The notes under the pieces are model-generated. The model had not been told where the DNA came from and ran no database searches. It saw only the letters and a program-made list of their open reading frames with translations. Source: a bacterium (GTDB lineage: Bacteria; Zhuqueibacterota; Zhuqueibacteria; Oceanimicrobiales; Oceanimicrobiaceae). From it: a stretch of 24,708 bases of DNA. Below are positions 1 to 7,859 of the stretch, in pieces. Both the position numbers and the translations under genes were made by a program. Location: assembly GCA_037446635.1 (NCBI GenBank), contig JBBIIG010000060.1:1-24708 (forward strand), read 5' to 3'. How positions within the stretch are numbered: the stretch's first letter is position 1; each line of letters starts with the position of its first letter.

Positions 1-1136
1 CGGTTGTGCACCAGAAAGAGATCGGCGATTTGGCCGAGCCGGTCGAGCGCCTCGTATTCCCCGGTACAGATCGGTTCGTCCGAAAGGTTGCCGCTGGTGG
101 CCACGATGGGAAAACCCAACTCGCGCATTAAAATGTGATGCAGCGGGGTGTAGGGCAGCATGACGCCCAAAGAAGGATTGTCCGGAGCAACGGCACCGAC
201 AATCGAAGATGGAAGATCGAAGATGGAAGATCGACGGCGAACAAGGACAATGGGCGCCGCGGGTGAGAGCAAAAGCCGCTTCTCGAGTTGGGTCAGCTCA
301 CAATGGCTTCTCACCATATCGAGATTCGGATACATCACGGCAAACGGCTTCTCCTCGCGATGTTTGCGCCGACGCAAGCGCTGCACCGCCGCGTCGCTGC
401 GGGCATCGACCATCAGATGAAATCCACCCAGACCTTTCACCGCCACAATTTTTCCTGCACGAATGGCTTTGGCAGCGGCCAGCAGCGCGGCGTGATGGCT
501 CTGCAAAACTTTGCCGTCTGGATTCCACAACTCAAGATGAGGTCCACAAACCGGGCAGGCATTGGGCTGAGCATGAAAACGGCGATTCATCGGGTCGTGA
601 TATTCAGCCCGGCAGGCATCGCACATTGCAAAATTCCGCATGGTGGTGTTGGCGCGATCATACGGCAAACTTTCGATGATGCTGAAACGGGGGCCGCAGT
701 TGGTGCAGTTGGTGAAGGGATACAAATAGCGGCGGTTTTTGGAATCAAAAATTTCCCGCAGACAGTCCGGGCAGGTGGCAATGTCCGGCAGAATCACCGC
801 GGATTTTTCACCAGCGTTCTCGCTGGGAAGGATCTCAAATCGGCTGAAATGTTTGGGATCAAGATAGGCGTGCTCGAGGCTTTGGATGAAGGCGCGCGGT
901 GGGAGCTCCCGTCGCAGCCGCTCCAGAAATGACTGCAACTGATGCTGAACGCCCTCGACCTCGATAAACACACCTTGCGAGGAATTTCGCACCCAGCCAG
1001 GGAGTCCCAGCTCGGAAGCCAGCCGATACACAAACGGCCGGAAGCCGACGCCCTGAACCGCGCCGTGGATGGTTACCTGCAAGCGCTGACGCGGATCCCG
1101 CGTCAGTGCGATTTCTTTTTCAAGAGTGACGGGCAT
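1..1136 (-). CDS. hypF: Carbamoyltransferase HypF, 5' part (runs off the window's left edge)
   Basis: Not in the ORF track because it has no stop in the window. Manual translation from ATG at 1136: MPVTLEKE..IHGAVQGVGFRPFVYRLA (acylphosphatase domain), PDIATCPDC, YPFTNCTNCGPRF, RRFHAQPNACPVCGP, KGLGGFHL, GVMLPYTPLHH, VATSGNLSDEPI. Confidence 0.97.
   Translation of the reverse strand, partial: MPVTLEKEIALTRDPRQRLQVTIHGAVQGVGFRPFVYRLASELGLPGWVRNSSQGVFIEVEGVQHQLQSFLERLRRELPPRAFIQSLEHAYLDPKHFSRFEILPSENAGEKSAVILPDIATCPDCLREIFDSKNRRYLYPFTNCTNCGPRFSIIESLPYDRANTTMRNFAMCDACRAEYHDPMNRRFHAQPNACPVCGPHLELWNPDGKVLQSHHAALLAAAKAIRAGKIVAVKGLGGFHLMVDARSDAAVQRLRRRKHREEKPFAVMYPNLDMVRSHCELTQLEKRLLLSPAAPIVLVRRRSSIFDLPSSIVGAVAPDNPSLGVMLPYTPLHHILMRELGFPIVATSGNLSDEPICTGEYEALDRLGQIADLFLVHN
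203..234. repeat. Heptamer tandem repeat (GAAGATC/GAAGATG), in-frame inside hypF
   Basis: tcgaagatggaagatcgaagatggaagatcga; on the minus strand it encodes RSSIFDLPSSI without breaking the frame. Confidence 0.75.
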
Positions 1137-1138
1137 GA

Positions 1139-1402
1139 TCAAGCCTCAACTTCGACGCTCTCCAAAAGAATGTCCTGTGCATGCGGATCACCGGTATCCT
1201 GCGAAACGTCGATCACCAAGAGCGCGCCTTCGGCCGCGGTTCCGGGCGCTGCCTGTTCAAAATGCTCACGAAAATGTTCGGCCGAAATATGCGACAACGC
1301 GCCGAGCTTGACTTTCACGCTGACGATGCGTTGGCCGTTTTGCTCGCGCGCAATGGCGTCGAGTTTGTTCATCAAATTAGCGATGAGAGAAAATTCGTGC
1401 AT
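1139..1402 (-). CDS. hypA: Hydrogenase nickel metallochaperone HypA, short variant with no zinc-finger cysteines
   Basis: MHEFSL Ni-binding N-terminus, VKVKLGALS, C-terminal ILLESVEVE; SD AAAGGAG before ATG 1402; 87 aa with no Cys. Confidence 0.9.
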   Translation of the reverse strand: MHEFSLIANLMNKLDAIAREQNGQRIVSVKVKLGALSHISAEHFREHFEQAAPGTAAEGALLVIDVSQDTGDPHAQDILLESVEVEA

Positions 1403-1438
1403 AAGTCTCCTTTGCAAAATTTTTGACCAACCCCCTAA

Positions 1439-1520
1439 GGGCTGTCCAAAAAGTCGAATTTTAATGTCATTCTGCGGAGCCCTTCACTTCGTTCAGGGTA
1501 AACTCCGCGACGGAGAATTT
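1439..1520. repeat. Partial palindromic MITE/RPE-like element overlapping the protease 3' end
   Basis: GGCTGTCCAAAAAG (1440-1453) is the exact reverse complement of 3487-3500; it is followed by TGTCATT as in the 3372-3501 element. Confidence 0.65.
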
Positions 1521-2038
1521 CCAGATTTGAGCACAAACTCCTGTCGAACTCTTTGTACAACTTTTGAAACAGCCGGCTTAACTTCCTTCGACAAGCCCTC
1601 GCCGGCTCCGAAGTCCTTCCCCTCAATCCCGTAAACGATCAGAAAAGCCGGAAGCTGCTTCAGCGCACGCGCCATCTCGATGGCCTCGGCCAAACTGAAG
1701 GCGTGAGTGGAGTAGTTAAAAAACTGGGCGGGAATCGGCTGGCGGTGGGCCTCGAAGCGGAAAATCTCTCCGGGTCGGGCGCCGGAAGAAACCGCATCAA
1801 AGATAAAAACCGCGGGGTATTTTTTAAAAATCTCCATTAACGCGACCCCCTCGCCAGATGCCTCGATGATCGTGGTATCCGGGATATTTTCGGCTTTCAG
1901 CCTGCGAACGATTTCCACGCCCACGCCGTCGTCCCGGCGATATCGATTGCCAATGCCGATAAAGGCGAGAGTTGCCGAACCCCCCTTTAATCCCCTCTTA
2001 ACAAGGGGGGAAAAAGTGGAGTGTCTTTCAGTTTTCAT
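1493..2038 (-). CDS. Hydrogenase maturation endopeptidase (HycI/HyaD family)
   Basis: [27 protein letters not shown] motifs; ATG at 2038 overlaps the large-subunit stop (ATGA). Confidence 0.93.
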   Translation of the reverse strand: MKTERHSTFSPLVKRGLKGGSATLAFIGIGNRYRRDDGVGVEIVRRLKAENIPDTTIIEASGEGVALMEIFKKYPAVFIFDAVSSGARPGEIFRFEAHRQPIPAQFFNYSTHAFSLAEAIEMARALKQLPAFLIVYGIEGKDFGAGEGLSKEVKPAVSKVVQRVRQEFVLKSGNSPSRSLP

Positions 2039-3351
2039 TCCCGCTCCACCTCCAGCTTCAAAAAATGGGTGGAACACGAAATGCACGGGTCATAATTGCG
2101 AATGGCCTGCTCGCACTGCCACTGCAGCTTTTCATCGGAAAGCTTGAGATTGGGTGGAATGTAGTGCCAGAGGTCGCTCTCGATGGTTTTCTGATTGACC
2201 GCCGTCGGTGAAACAATTTTGGCGTCGTGAATCGTGCCGTGGTCGTCGATGCGGTAGCGGTGGTAGCAGATGCCACGCGGGGCTTCGGTGCAGCCGTAGC
2301 CGGTGCCCGCGCGCGGCTGAACTTCAAATGCGGGCTTCTCCGGCGGCTCATACTTTTCGATCAGACGCAGCGCTTCCTCGAAGGCATACAGAGTTTCCAC
2401 GCTGCGCACAATGATGCTCTGAAACGGGTTGCGGCAGACCGGGCCGAGTCCCGCACCGCGAGCGGCTTCCTGTGCCAGTGGTGAGAGTTTATCGAAATTT
2501 AAACTGTACCGCGCCAGCGGGCCCACCAGACACGAGGTGCGACCGTTGACGCGGGTGTGCAGCGCCGTGGAATGGGGCACCTGCTCCTCGATCAAATGCC
2601 GGTCGTACTGGCTGATGGGGATGTCCAGACCTTTGTTGGAAACCAATCGCCCCTCGGTAATGGCATACTCCTCGGGATGGCGCAGCGCCACGAACTCGTA
2701 ATCCTGTTCAAACTTCGGAAACGGCAGAGCCGCCACCCATTGCACGGTCGCCAGCGCAGCTTCCACTCCCCACTTTAGATTTTCGATGAGCGACTCCAGT
2801 TCGCGCCGCGTGGGTACTTTGTAAAACCCCCCGACGCGCAAATTAATCGGATGAATTTCGCGGCCGCCCAGCAGGGTCATGATGTCGTTGCCGATCTTTT
2901 TCATTTTCAGACCGCGCTGCACGATCTCCGGATACTTTTTCGCCATTTGAATCGCATCCGGATAGCCGAGAAAATCCGGCGCGTGCAGCATGTAAATGTG
3001 CAGCACATGGCTTTCGATCCACTCGCCGCAGTAGATGAGCCGCCGCAGATCGCGAATCGCCCCGGTCACCTTCACACCGCACACGTCTTCCATGGCGTGC
3101 GACGCGCCCAGCAGGTAAGCAATCGGGCAGATGCCGCAGATGCGCGCGGTGATGTCCGGCGCTTCGCGAAAATCGCGGCCGCGCAAAAAGGCCTCAAAGA
3201 AGCGCGGCGGCTCAAAAATTTTCAGCTTCACATCTTTGAGTCGATTATCTTTTACTTTGACGTACAGCCCGCCCTCGCCTTCCACCCGCGCCAGGTAGTT
3301 GACTTTGATGGTTTTGGTTTGCGGTTTTTTCTTGGTCGTTTTTGATTTCAT
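2035..3351 (-). CDS. hydA: Group 3b [NiFe] hydrogenase (sulfhydrogenase) large/alpha subunit
   Basis: ARVEGEG, L1 [16 protein letters not shown]2 [10 protein letters not shown] followed by a cleavable tail FLKLEVERE; start set at ATG 3351 (SD AAAGGTG). Confidence 0.96.
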   Translation of the reverse strand: MKSKTTKKKPQTKTIKVNYLARVEGEGGLYVKVKDNRLKDVKLKIFEPPRFFEAFLRGRDFREAPDITARICGICPIAYLLGASHAMEDVCGVKVTGAIRDLRRLIYCGEWIESHVLHIYMLHAPDFLGYPDAIQMAKKYPEIVQRGLKMKKIGNDIMTLLGGREIHPINLRVGGFYKVPTRRELESLIENLKWGVEAALATVQWVAALPFPKFEQDYEFVALRHPEEYAITEGRLVSNKGLDIPISQYDRHLIEEQVPHSTALHTRVNGRTSCLVGPLARYSLNFDKLSPLAQEAARGAGLGPVCRNPFQSIIVRSVETLYAFEEALRLIEKYEPPEKPAFEVQPRAGTGYGCTEAPRGICYHRYRIDDHGTIHDAKIVSPTAVNQKTIESDLWHYIPPNLKLSDEKLQWQCEQAIRNYDPCISCSTHFLKLEVERE

Positions 3352-3371
3352 ATTCGTGCACCTTTTAGGTA

Positions 3372-3501
3372 GGGGCGTCCAAAAAGAGTGGAAACTGTCA
3401 TTACGAGGAGCGAAGCGACGAAGTAATCTCCTAATTTCATACACAGAATCTGGAGATTGCTTCGCTCCGCTCGTAATGGCAGATACCTTTTTGGACAGCC
3501 T
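3372..3501. repeat. About 130-bp palindromic MITE/RPE-like element with terminal inverted repeats
   Basis: Ends GGGGCGTCCAAAAAG / CTTTTTGGACAGCC; internal arms TGTCATTACGAGGAGCGAAGCGACGAAGTAATCTC ... GAGATTGCTTCGCTCCGCTCGTAATGGCA. Confidence 0.85.
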
Positions 3502-4311
3502 CTACCGGTCATACTTAAAACTCTCTTTTCGAAATTCCTCGGCATGGGCATTGAACGTCCGCAGGGCGCGCACAATATCGATGTCTTTGACGCCCAGTTT
3601 TTGCCACCACTCGCTTAACGCGGCGGTGTTGGCGCTCTCCATCGGGCCAAAGCAGCCGTAACAGCCGCGGTTATAGGATGGGCACAGGACGCCGCAGCCG
3701 GTTTGGGTCACGGGGCCCATACAGGGCGTCCTGTGCGCCACCATCACACACGGTAAGCCGAGCCGTTTGCAATCTTCACAGAGACTATGCGTGGGGATAT
3801 TCGGCTTACGTCCATTGAGCAGCGCACTGACCAGTTCCAAAAGTTGGTATTTGTTGATGGGGCAGCCGCGCAGCTCAAAATCCACAAACACGTGGTCATC
3901 GATGGGGGTGGAATTTTTGAGAGTCGATATATACGCCGGTGTGGCGTAGACAACAGAGATAAAGTCGTTCACATCTTTGAAATTCCGCAGCGCCTGAATG
4001 CCGCCGGCGGTGGCGCAGGCACCGATGGTGATGAGATATTTCGAAACCCGCCGCACCTGGTGGATACGCTCGGCGTCGTGAGGCGTGGTGATGGAGCCTT
4101 CTACCAAAGAGAGATCGTACGGGCCCTTCACCGCCGTGCGCGTGGCTTCTGGAAAGTAAGCGATTTCTACCGCGCCGGCCACCGCCAGCAGTTCGTTTTC
4201 GCAATCTAACAGGCTGAGCTGGCAGCCATCGCAGGAGGCAAATTTCCACACCGCGAGTTTGGGTTTAGCATTTTCGCTCTTTCCTTTTGAAGTATGGGTT
4301 TTCGGAGTCAT
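3502..4311 (-). CDS. hydD: Group 3b [NiFe] hydrogenase small/delta subunit
   Basis: [55 protein letters not shown] Fe-S motifs. Confidence 0.95.
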   Translation of the reverse strand: MTPKTHTSKGKSENAKPKLAVWKFASCDGCQLSLLDCENELLAVAGAVEIAYFPEATRTAVKGPYDLSLVEGSITTPHDAERIHQVRRVSKYLITIGACATAGGIQALRNFKDVNDFISVVYATPAYISTLKNSTPIDDHVFVDFELRGCPINKYQLLELVSALLNGRKPNIPTHSLCEDCKRLGLPCVMVAHRTPCMGPVTQTGCGVLCPSYNRGCYGCFGPMESANTAALSEWWQKLGVKDIDIVRALRTFNAHAEEFRKESFKYDR

Positions 4312-4335
4312 GTTATTTTTTCTGGGTTCATTGGC

Positions 4336-4368
4336 AACCCTGTCAGGGTTCCGAACCCTGACAGGGTT
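4336..4368. repeat. REP-like perfect palindrome
   Basis: AACCCTGTCAGGGTT-CCG-AACCCTGACAGGGTT, lying between two copies of TCATGTTA (4308-4315 and 4373-4380). Confidence 0.85.
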
Positions 4369-4377
4369 TCGTTCATG

Positions 4378-5214
4378 TTAAACCTCTCTGATTTCCAGCC
4401 ACTCTCGAACGCGGTCGTACCGAAACACCGGGCCGTCTTTGCAAATGAAATTCGGGCCGAACTGGCAGTGCCCGCAGAAGCCGACGCCGCATTTCATGTT
4501 TCTCTCCATGGAGATGTAAATCTTTTCAAATGGCACGCCCTGCTTTTGCAGCGCCAGCACCGCAAAGCGCATCATCACCTCCGGGCCGCAGATGAGCGCC
4601 ACGGTGTTATGCGGGTCAAACGGCGCCTTGGGAATCAAATTGGTGACGACGCCGACGTTTCCCAGCCAGTCGCCGGCGGCGCGATCCACGGTGACGTGCA
4701 CATTGAGATCAAATTGGGATCGCCACTTTTTAAGGTCTCTCTGAAATAAAATATCGTCCGGAGTGCGCGCGCCGTAAAGCAGAACCACGTTGCCAAATTT
4801 TTCTCGCCGGGTTAAAATATCAAACATCGCCGGGCGCAGCGGCGCTAAACCAATGCCGCCCGCCACGATGACCACATCGTTACCGACGGCCTCGTCGACC
4901 GGCCAGTTGGTGCCGAAGGGCCCGCGCACGCCCAGCGACTCCCCCGCTTTGAGCTTCCCCATGGCTTTGGTCACCGCGCCCACCATGCGGGTAGTGTGTT
5001 CCAGAACCTGCATTCGATGCGGATCGCCGCTGATGGAGATGGGAATCTCGCCTACGCCGTAAACATAGAGCATATTAAACTGACCCGGAGCGTACGCAAT
5101 CTGACTCCCGTTTTGCGGCAGCAGTTCGAGGGTGAAGGTATCGTACGATTCTTTGCGGACTTTATCGACAACAAAAGCCTGCGGCAGCATCGGGTTGGAA
5201 TTTTGATCCATCAT
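4378..5214 (-). CDS. hydG: Sulfhydrogenase gamma subunit (FAD/NAD(P)-binding, 2Fe-2S)
   Basis: [50 protein letters not shown]; start is ATG 5214 or GTG 5229. Confidence 0.94.
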   Translation of the reverse strand: MMDQNSNPMLPQAFVVDKVRKESYDTFTLELLPQNGSQIAYAPGQFNMLYVYGVGEIPISISGDPHRMQVLEHTTRMVGAVTKAMGKLKAGESLGVRGPFGTNWPVDEAVGNDVVIVAGGIGLAPLRPAMFDILTRREKFGNVVLLYGARTPDDILFQRDLKKWRSQFDLNVHVTVDRAAGDWLGNVGVVTNLIPKAPFDPHNTVALICGPEVMMRFAVLALQKQGVPFEKIYISMERNMKCGVGFCGHCQFGPNFICKDGPVFRYDRVREWLEIREV

Positions 5215-5225
5215 GCTCGAGTGCC

Positions 5226-5687
5226 TCACGCGTGGTTATTATACAAATCCAGAAGCTGCAAGCGGGTCGCCTGCAGCCGCTGTTCCATGATGTGAGCAAA
5301 ACGTTTCAGGAGTTCGAAGCCCAGGTCGTGATCTTCCTCGCATTTCTGGCGCAGACATTTTCCGTCCAGGGCGATGGCGCGCGTGAGGGTCAGGGCGCGG
5401 GCATCAAAATGCCAGTGGTACGGTGGAATCAGCCACGACCAGCCCAGAATTTCGCCTTCGTCAATCGTGTCAATGGTGATCGGCCCGCGATTGGGAGAAT
5501 AAATCTCCAGCGCCACCTTGCCGTGGCGAATGATGTAAAACTTATGGGCCTCGCGTCCCTCTCGCAAAAGAAACTCCCCCGGCTCAAACTTAACATTCGA
5601 AGCGCAGCCGGTGATCAGCTTGATATGCGCGGGTTCCAGCCCTTTCAAAAACGGGTGCTCTTTCAAGATCGGTTCCAGGGTTTCCAT
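5226..5687 (-). CDS. Stand-alone cyclic-nucleotide-binding (Crp-type effector) domain protein
   Basis: [30 protein letters not shown]; 153 aa with no C-terminal HTH; SD GAAGGAG. Confidence 0.9.
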   Translation of the reverse strand: METLEPILKEHPFLKGLEPAHIKLITGCASNVKFEPGEFLLREGREAHKFYIIRHGKVALEIYSPNRGPITIDTIDEGEILGWSWLIPPYHWHFDARALTLTRAIALDGKCLRQKCEEDHDLGFELLKRFAHIMEQRLQATRLQLLDLYNNHA

Positions 5688-5705
5688 GTCGCTCTCCTTC
5701 GGTTG

Positions 5706-5769
5706 GGATAGGGGGCATAGGGTATATGAGGTATAGGGGTATAGCTCATACCCCTATACCCTATACCTA
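5706..5769. repeat. Short tandem GGTATAG-type repeats with inverted CTATACC copies (hairpin)
   Basis: gggtatatgaggtataggggtatagctcatacccctataccctatacc between hydB and the cNMP gene. Confidence 0.7.
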
Positions 5770-6927
5770 TATTTCATCTCGTGTCCTCGCTTCCAAAGAA
5801 TGCTCATTCCGGAATGCCTCTACCTCTTTGGTGATATCGATCCCCACCGGACACCAGGTGATGCACCGTCCGCAGCCCACGCAGCCGGAGGTGCCGAACT
5901 GATCCTGCCAGGTGGCCAGCTTGTGGGTCAGCCACTGGCGGTAGCGCGCCTTTGGGGTGGTGCGCACGCTGCCGCCGTGAATGTAAGAAAAATCCATGGT
6001 GAAACAGGAATCCCATTTGCGCCAGCGTTCCGCCACTTCACCCCGCAAATCGGTGACATCTTCTACCGTGGTGCAAAAACAGGTGGGGCAGACCATTGTG
6101 CAGTTGGTGCAGGTCAGGCAGCGCGCGGCCACGTCATCCCAGCGGGGGTGCTCATAATTGTCATACAGCAGCTCCTTGATGTCGCTGGTGTCAAGATGCC
6201 GCCCCATATTTTTTGCGGTTCGGGCGACGATGGCTTCCGCCGCCGTGATCTCTTCCACACTGGCTTCGCGATGCGGCGCCTCGCCCAAAATCTTGGCACC
6301 CAATTCACTGCCCACCTCCACCACAAAATAGTGGCGATGGTTTTCCAAAATTTCCGTCAGCGCGAGATCAAATCCAGAGGTAGCTTTTGGGCCGGCATTC
6401 ATCGAAGCGCAGAAGCAGGTGGCGCCGGCCTGACCGCAGTTAACCGCCACCAGAAAAACATTCTGGCGACGAGATTGATAAGCAGCATCCACAAATTGAT
6501 TGTTTATGAAAACCTTATCCTGAACCGCGATGGCCTGCAGCTCGCAGGCGCGCACGCCAATGAAAGCCATCCTGGGCGGAGCGGTATTTTCCGCCTCCAT
6601 TTGAAATCCCGAGTGGTTGCGCCGGGCGCGCCATAATAGCAATTTCGGCGGATGCAAAAACTTTTTCCAGGAATGCGGCCCGACCACGTAGCCAAACAGC
6701 GCGGCATCGTCGCGGTTTTGTAAACGGTATGTGCCGCCCTCCTGTTCATCGGTCATTCCGATCGGGAGGTCTTCCACCGACTTTAGCTCATCATAAACGA
6801 TCGCGCCCTCGTGAATGGTCGGTCCCAAAGTTTGATAGTCCCGTTTTTTCAGAGCCATTAACAGATCGGGGAAATCCTTGCGTTCCAATACGAACTGTTT
6901 TGAGGTTTCCGATAAAGCTTGTTTCAT
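5767..6927 (-). CDS. hydB: Sulfhydrogenase beta subunit (4Fe-4S dicluster)
   Basis: [55 protein letters not shown]. Confidence 0.95.
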   Translation of the reverse strand: MKQALSETSKQFVLERKDFPDLLMALKKRDYQTLGPTIHEGAIVYDELKSVEDLPIGMTDEQEGGTYRLQNRDDAALFGYVVGPHSWKKFLHPPKLLLWRARRNHSGFQMEAENTAPPRMAFIGVRACELQAIAVQDKVFINNQFVDAAYQSRRQNVFLVAVNCGQAGATCFCASMNAGPKATSGFDLALTEILENHRHYFVVEVGSELGAKILGEAPHREASVEEITAAEAIVARTAKNMGRHLDTSDIKELLYDNYEHPRWDDVAARCLTCTNCTMVCPTCFCTTVEDVTDLRGEVAERWRKWDSCFTMDFSYIHGGSVRTTPKARYRQWLTHKLATWQDQFGTSGCVGCGRCITWCPVGIDITKEVEAFRNEHSLEARTRDEI

Positions 6928-6967
6928 AAGGCCGTCGTGGTTTAATCATTTTTCGCTGTTAAAACAA

Positions 6968-7009
6968 AATCTATACCATGTAACGTGATTACAAATTGAT
7001 TTAAGTTAA
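6968..7009 (-). promoter_or_regulatory. Putative FNR/Crp-family class II promoter of the hydrogenase operon
   Basis: TTGAT-ttaa-GTTAA at 6996-7009 matches 8/10 of TTGAT-N4-ATCAA; minus-strand -10 TAGATT at 6973-6968 puts the site near -41.5. Confidence 0.55.
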
Positions 7010-7221
7010 CCTGTTAATAATCAAACGAGAAAAAAGATTGGAGATCGGTAGAAAGCGGTTGTGAATTCTTAGATTCAAGAATAAATCAAGTGGCTATTCC
7101 CAAGTCTGAAAAATTGTATTGATTGCCCTTGGAATAGAAGTCCGCTTCGGCGCATCTCAACAACCGCACGGAGCAAAAGCTAAACAGGTTTTGCCGGCCG
7201 GCGGCTACCCGGATATTTCTG

Positions 7222-7250
7222 TTGACACGATCTGATTATTTTGTTATATT
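7222..7250 (+). promoter_or_regulatory. Sigma70 promoter of the tRNA pair
   Basis: TTGACA-17 bp-TATATT with an extended -10 TG. Confidence 0.8.
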
Positions 7251-7265
7251 ACGACCGCTTTTTTT

Positions 7266-7338
7266 GAGGGTATAGCTCAGCCGGTAGAGCAGCGGCCTTT
7301 TAAGCCGTTGGTCGAAGGTTCGATTCCTTCTACCCTCA
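7266..7338 (+). tRNA. tRNA-Lys (anticodon TTT)
   Basis: Acceptor GAGGGTA/TACCCTC, D arm GCTC/GAGC, anticodon loop CT-TTT-AA, T arm GAAGG-TTCGATT-CCTTC; CCA not encoded. Confidence 0.96.
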
Positions 7339-7343
7339 CACAG

Positions 7344-7416
7344 GCGTCGTTAGCTCAACTGGCAGAGCAGGGGCCTCTTAAGCCCAAGGTTCGGGGTTCG
7401 ATTCCCTGACGACGCA
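7344..7416 (+). tRNA. tRNA-Lys (anticodon CTT)
   Basis: Acceptor GCGTCGT/ACGACGC, anticodon loop CT-CTT-AA, T arm CGGGG-TTCGATT-CCCTG. Confidence 0.95.
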
Positions 7417-7428
7417 CCCGCCGTCCGG

Positions 7429-7458
7429 AAAAAGTCCACAACGTTGTGGACTTTTTTT
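7429..7458 (+). terminator. Intrinsic terminator after the tRNAs
   Basis: AAAAAGTCCACAAC-GTTGTGGACTTTTTTT. Confidence 0.85.
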
Positions 7459-7603
7459 ATTTTGTAGTCTGAATAAAGCACCACAGAGGCCGCGAAGCTG
7501 ATCGGTAGCAGCAGTATTTGAGCCTCTGCGTCTTTGCGTGCGCTCTTTTTGGGCAGGAATCTGGCGTCCGCCCTTAGGTAAGAAAATTTGCATGAAATCG
7601 TTC

Positions 7604-7632
7604 TTGACTATTTTTATTTTTTTCGTTAATGT
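7604..7632 (+). promoter_or_regulatory. Putative sigma70 promoter of the radical SAM gene
   Basis: TTGACT-17 bp-TAATGT, implying a leader of about 220 nt. Confidence 0.55.
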
Positions 7633-7859
7633 TGGTCTAAAATTTTTCTGGATGGAAAAGAATCCAGTTTGCGTTTTATATTGTATCCTGTCGTAGATAT
7701 TTTGGGGTGAATGGAGATGTCGTTCCATCCATGATATCAACTCGCCAACGACATACTTTCGTTTAACCTCACAACAAATCTGATTGACATCGGCGATTTC
7801 ACTTGGCTCAAATTCGACGTGCAGTTAATCTAATTTTAAATTAGGAAGGAGGCTACAAA

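Noticed and set aside
160..1634. Plus-strand ORFs of 86-230 aa
   Set aside because: Antisense shadows of hypF, hypA and the protease with no recognisable motifs.
2060..2095. Possible selenocysteine [NiFeSe] hydrogenase
   Set aside because: The L2 motif is DPCISC with ordinary Cys codons and no in-frame TGA.
3352..3444. 31-aa N-terminal extension of the large subunit in the ORF track
   Set aside because: It is read through the palindromic repeat; an SD and ATG at 3351 give a normal start.
7266..7416. tRNA-Lys as an island integration site
   Set aside because: No integrase and no duplicated tRNA 3' end are visible in the window.
7713..7795. Fluoride riboswitch-like start (GGAGATG)
   Set aside because: The downstream conserved stem and pseudoknot elements do not match the consensus.
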